Positions 61,079-64,000 of a DNA stretch of 64,000 nucleotides are shown one piece after another. The stretch is from the human T2T-CHM13v2.0 reference genome, Homo sapiens. A program made the position numbers and the translations under genes. The stretch lies in assembly GCF_009914755.1 (NCBI RefSeq), contig NC_060941.1; one strand, written 5' to 3'. The number at the start of each line of letters is the position of its first letter. Within the stretch, counting starts at the first letter, position 1. Under the pieces are notes generated by a model. The model searched no databases and was not told the origin of the DNA. It was given only the letters and a program-made list of their open reading frames with translations.

Positions 61079-61139
61079 GTGGCAGAGGGCTTTCCACTGA
61101 CCATGAGCCCACATGTTTTTCAATGAATGGTCACAGGCC

Positions 61140-62062
61140 AAAGTCTGGGACAGTCTTTATTGGAGCTTGGAATGTCATAGCAATTCGCCCTCATCAGAGG
61201 CAGACTGTGAGAAAGAGCAGCGATGTGGTGGACCCCCAGCAGGGGGAAGGCCGGGCTACATGAGGGAGCCCTGCTTGCCTGCAAGCAGGGCACAGGCGCA
61301 CACGCATACACTCTCCTACATGAACTTACACTCACACCTGCGCACTCGCTGCCGGTGGGTCAGAGGACAGGTGCCTTGGGCTGCTCCCCTCCTCATGGAG
61401 AGGCCTCCTCCACTCTGGGGGATCCGCTGAGCTGAGACGGGAGGGAACCGCTTGAGGATCAGGGACGAAGGAGCTGGAAGCTGCAGGCATTTTGCAGTTA
61501 GGGAGAAGGGATCCAGGACAGGAGGGATGGCCAGGGACTAACCAAAGGGAGCTGGAGAAGGCCCTGCAGGGCCAGGGAAGGGGAAGAAGATGCTGGAGAT
61601 GGGCAGAAGGGGAGGGAGAACAGATCACCTCCTCTCCTTCACTCACTGCAACCTCACCGCTGGGGACAGAGGCCTGGGCACAGAAAGCCTGGGGAGCGTC
61701 AAGGAGTCCCCTGTGTCCTAGGAAGGCACTGAAATAGGGAACAGATCCTGGGAGCCAGAGTCTCCCCCAAGTACCCCAAAGGGGACAGGAATCGGAATGG
61801 TGAAGCGGGAAGGGTCTTACATGCTGGTTGTCTGGGGCAAGGAGACTGGGGAAGCACAGATTCTGCTTCTCACCCCAAACGGTGGGGTTGGGGGTGGGCT
61901 GAGATGCAGACCCTCTGGCCAGCAGAGGGGAGGGAGGGCCAGGGCTGCCCCTTTGGTCTCAAGGGCAGTGAGGCGGGGAGCCCGGCCTCACCCATGTGTC
62001 CATGGTAGGGGGTGGAGGCAGGAGGAGTGAGGAACCAGAGCCTCCTGCCCCCGGGGCCAGGG
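61140..62062 (-). other. OSBPL7: OSBPL7 3' UTR with AATAAA polyadenylation signal at 61156-61161
   Basis: TTTATT on the + strand ~900 nt past the stop; cleavage site inferred. Confidence 0.75.
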
Positions 62063-62171
62063 CTACCAGAGCACGGCCCCATCCATGTTCCCGTAGCCTG
62101 GCTCGGCCCGCAGCCTCCAGTAGGTATTGTTGGTCACCCACCACTCTTTCCCGCTGCTATCCGTCTGCCGC
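62063..62171 (-). CDS. OSBPL7: OSBPL7 terminal coding exon: [35 protein letters not shown]
   Basis: caccag|G acceptor; TAG stop at 62063-62065; ORP3/6/7-type C-terminus. Confidence 0.96.
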
Positions 62172-62309
62172 CTGGTGGGAGAAGGCGGTGGCAGTGAGGG
62201 GTGAACATCTAGAAGGCAGGCTAGGGTCCTAAGGTGCTGCCTCCCACACCTGCCCTGCTCCAAGCAGGGCTCATGGGGAGACCCAGGGCGGAGGGCGAGG
62301 CCGAGGCAC

Positions 62310-62432
62310 CTGAAGAAGCGAGCCTGGTGTACGATGTTGTTTTCCTCCATGACTTTGCGCCTGTCTCGCTGCAGCTGCTCGATCCTTCTCTTCTGGGCCT
62401 CAGCGGCCTGTATGTTCCCCTCCTCCAGGTAC
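62310..62432 (-). CDS. OSBPL7: OSBPL7 penultimate coding exon: [41 protein letters not shown]
   Basis: OSBP 'AExxKxxIExxQR' motif; cctcag|G acceptor, CAG|gtgcc donor; 123 bp. Confidence 0.96.
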
Positions 62433-62635
62433 CTGAGGATCCAGATCAAACTCAGGGGAACTGCCCATCTGCAGGGGCCCCCAAACCCAAGGCCTCTGTC
62501 TCTGCCCAACTCTGTCCTCTAGACAAGCCCCACTTCTCTGAGGCCACTCAGTGAAGGAAGGACAAAGCCCCAGCTCTGTACTCTGTGGAGGGAGTGAACT
62601 AGATGGTTCTAGGCCGGCACCCATCCGGCACTGAC

Positions 62636-62762
62636 CTCTGGTCTGGCCGGAGTCTCGTGTCGGTGGAAGGCAGCGACCGTTTCAGCTCTGCTGTCAGCTC
62701 ATTCAGCTCCAAGGCAAACTGGGTGAAGCCGAAGTTTCGCTCATGGTCGGGGGGCATTGAGT
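62636..62762 (-). CDS. OSBPL7: OSBPL7 coding exon: (N)[42 protein letters not shown]
   Basis: Canonical OSBP '[13 protein letters not shown]' motif; AG/GT boundaries; 127 bp. Confidence 0.96.
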
Positions 62763-62847
62763 CTGGGGGAAGGCAAGGGGCTGGGGCAGGTGCACCATGC
62801 CTGAGCTGCTCCAGCCTCACCCAGCCCTCTGTGACCCCTCCACTTAC

Positions 62848-62992
62848 TGGGTTTCCAGATGCACTGGCCACCTGGCGTGGGTCCCCGGTACAGCCCCTCG
62901 TGCCACTTCCCAAAGAGTCGGTGGAGGACACGGCCACTCCGACTGAGCACAGCGCCCTGCACCTCGTGGACATTGGAACTCCAGTACTTGGC
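62848..62992 (-). CDS. OSBPL7: OSBPL7 coding exon: [48 protein letters not shown]
   Basis: ccccag|GCC acceptor, CCA|gtaagt donor; 145 bp; ORD sequence. Confidence 0.95.
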
Positions 62993-63105
62993 CTGGGGTG
63001 GGGAAGGCAGGGTTTAGGGAGGTGTCCCCTCCCCCTTAGCCAGGGTGACCTCCAGAGACAGAGGCTGCCGGGGATGGATGGGCAGGGTCAGGGTGGCACA
63101 CACAC

Positions 63106-63250
63106 CTTGCAGAAGGTGATCTTGCAGTGGCAGGAGCTGTCCTGTGTGTTTCGGATGAGCACCTCCCCATAGTGCTCGATCCAGCGCTGACCACTCAGGA
63201 CATTGTGAATGCAGGATGTCACCTTGTTCCACTCAAAGTGGTCCCCAAAC
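63106..63250 (-). CDS. OSBPL7: OSBPL7 coding exon (oxysterol-binding domain): (R)[48 protein letters not shown]
   Basis: OSBP-family ORD motif; acceptor tctcag|G and donor AAG|gtgtgt; 145 bp, phase-compatible with the next exon. Confidence 0.95.
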
Positions 63251-63663
63251 CTGAGAAAGACAAGGTATGGAAGGGCAGCTGGCTGGCCCCAGGGAACAAG
63301 TGAGTCAGGGGCCTCCTGTCTTGCTGAAGCAGGTCATGTGGGCCTGTGACAGGAACCCTGGGGTCCCAACTCCAGTTCTGCAGTGAAGGATGACTTATAT
63401 TCACAAGGAAGAGTGGCCTTCACAGAACGTATTCAACGAAAACATCTCCACTCATCTACAAAGCCCCTGAGTGCCTGAGCAACAGGGATGAAAATACACA
63501 AAGTGTCCTGCCCCTGGGCACCAGGAACCGTGTGTACGTTCACATCCATTATCCTGCTTAATCCTCACCTCTCTTGGGTATTACTTCTTACTGTCATGTC
63601 ACAGGCAAGCAGGCTCAAGGCTCTGAAGTGTCAAGTCTTTTTGCTGCTTGCATCACTATTTTC

Positions 63664-63699
<36 letters not shown>

Positions 63700-64000
63700 G
63701 AGACAGAGTCTTGCTCTGTTGCCCAGGCAGGCTGGAGTGCAGTGCAGTGGTGCAATCTCAGCTCACCACTACCTCCGCCTCCCAGGTTGAAGCAATTCTC
63801 CTGCCTCAGCCTCCCCAGTAGCTGGGACTACAGGCTGGTGCTAATTTGCATCACTATTGAGTGGCAGAACTCATGGCTTCTGACTCCAAAATCCAGGATC
63901 TCTACCACAACACCCAGACCACTTTCAATACCCTTTTTCTTTCTGGCTTCAGACCTCTGCCTGTAAAATTAGCTAGATGAGAGTTTTTCAAATTTTGTCT

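Noticed and set aside
62063-63172. ORFs 62063-62509, 62599-62973 and plus-strand 62603-63172 as stand-alone genes
   Set aside because: Intron read-through or antisense shadows of spliced OSBPL7 exons.

Overview
Primate (human-like) genomic DNA, very rich in Alu and L1. The right end carries the last five coding exons and 3' UTR of OSBPL7 on the minus strand. From recalled human gene order this would be the TBX21-OSBPL7 intergenic interval on 17q21; TBX21 itself is not visible. About 55 Alu/FLAM copies, old L1 fragments, Tigger/MER DNA transposons, MaLR/ERVL LTRs and a truncated Y4 RNA retrocopy fill most of the window. Main finding: nearly all the non-repeat DNA between ~11.5 kb and ~59.5 kb reads, across frameshifts and stops, as decayed single-exon leucine-rich-repeat receptor genes. 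Recognisable remnants include signal peptides, LRR-NT cysteines, LRR arrays, LRR-CT and TIR box-like motifs. This suggests a fossil cluster of about 6-8 Toll-like-receptor pseudogenes, most similar to the TLR11 family (TLR13/21/22 type). The cluster includes a diverged inverted duplication (~30.1-32.3 kb vs ~54.5-56.6 kb) and three paralogous GC-rich segments. The TLR call rests on manual translation and by-eye motif matching and needs a profile search to confirm. Repeat and pseudogene boundaries are approximate.
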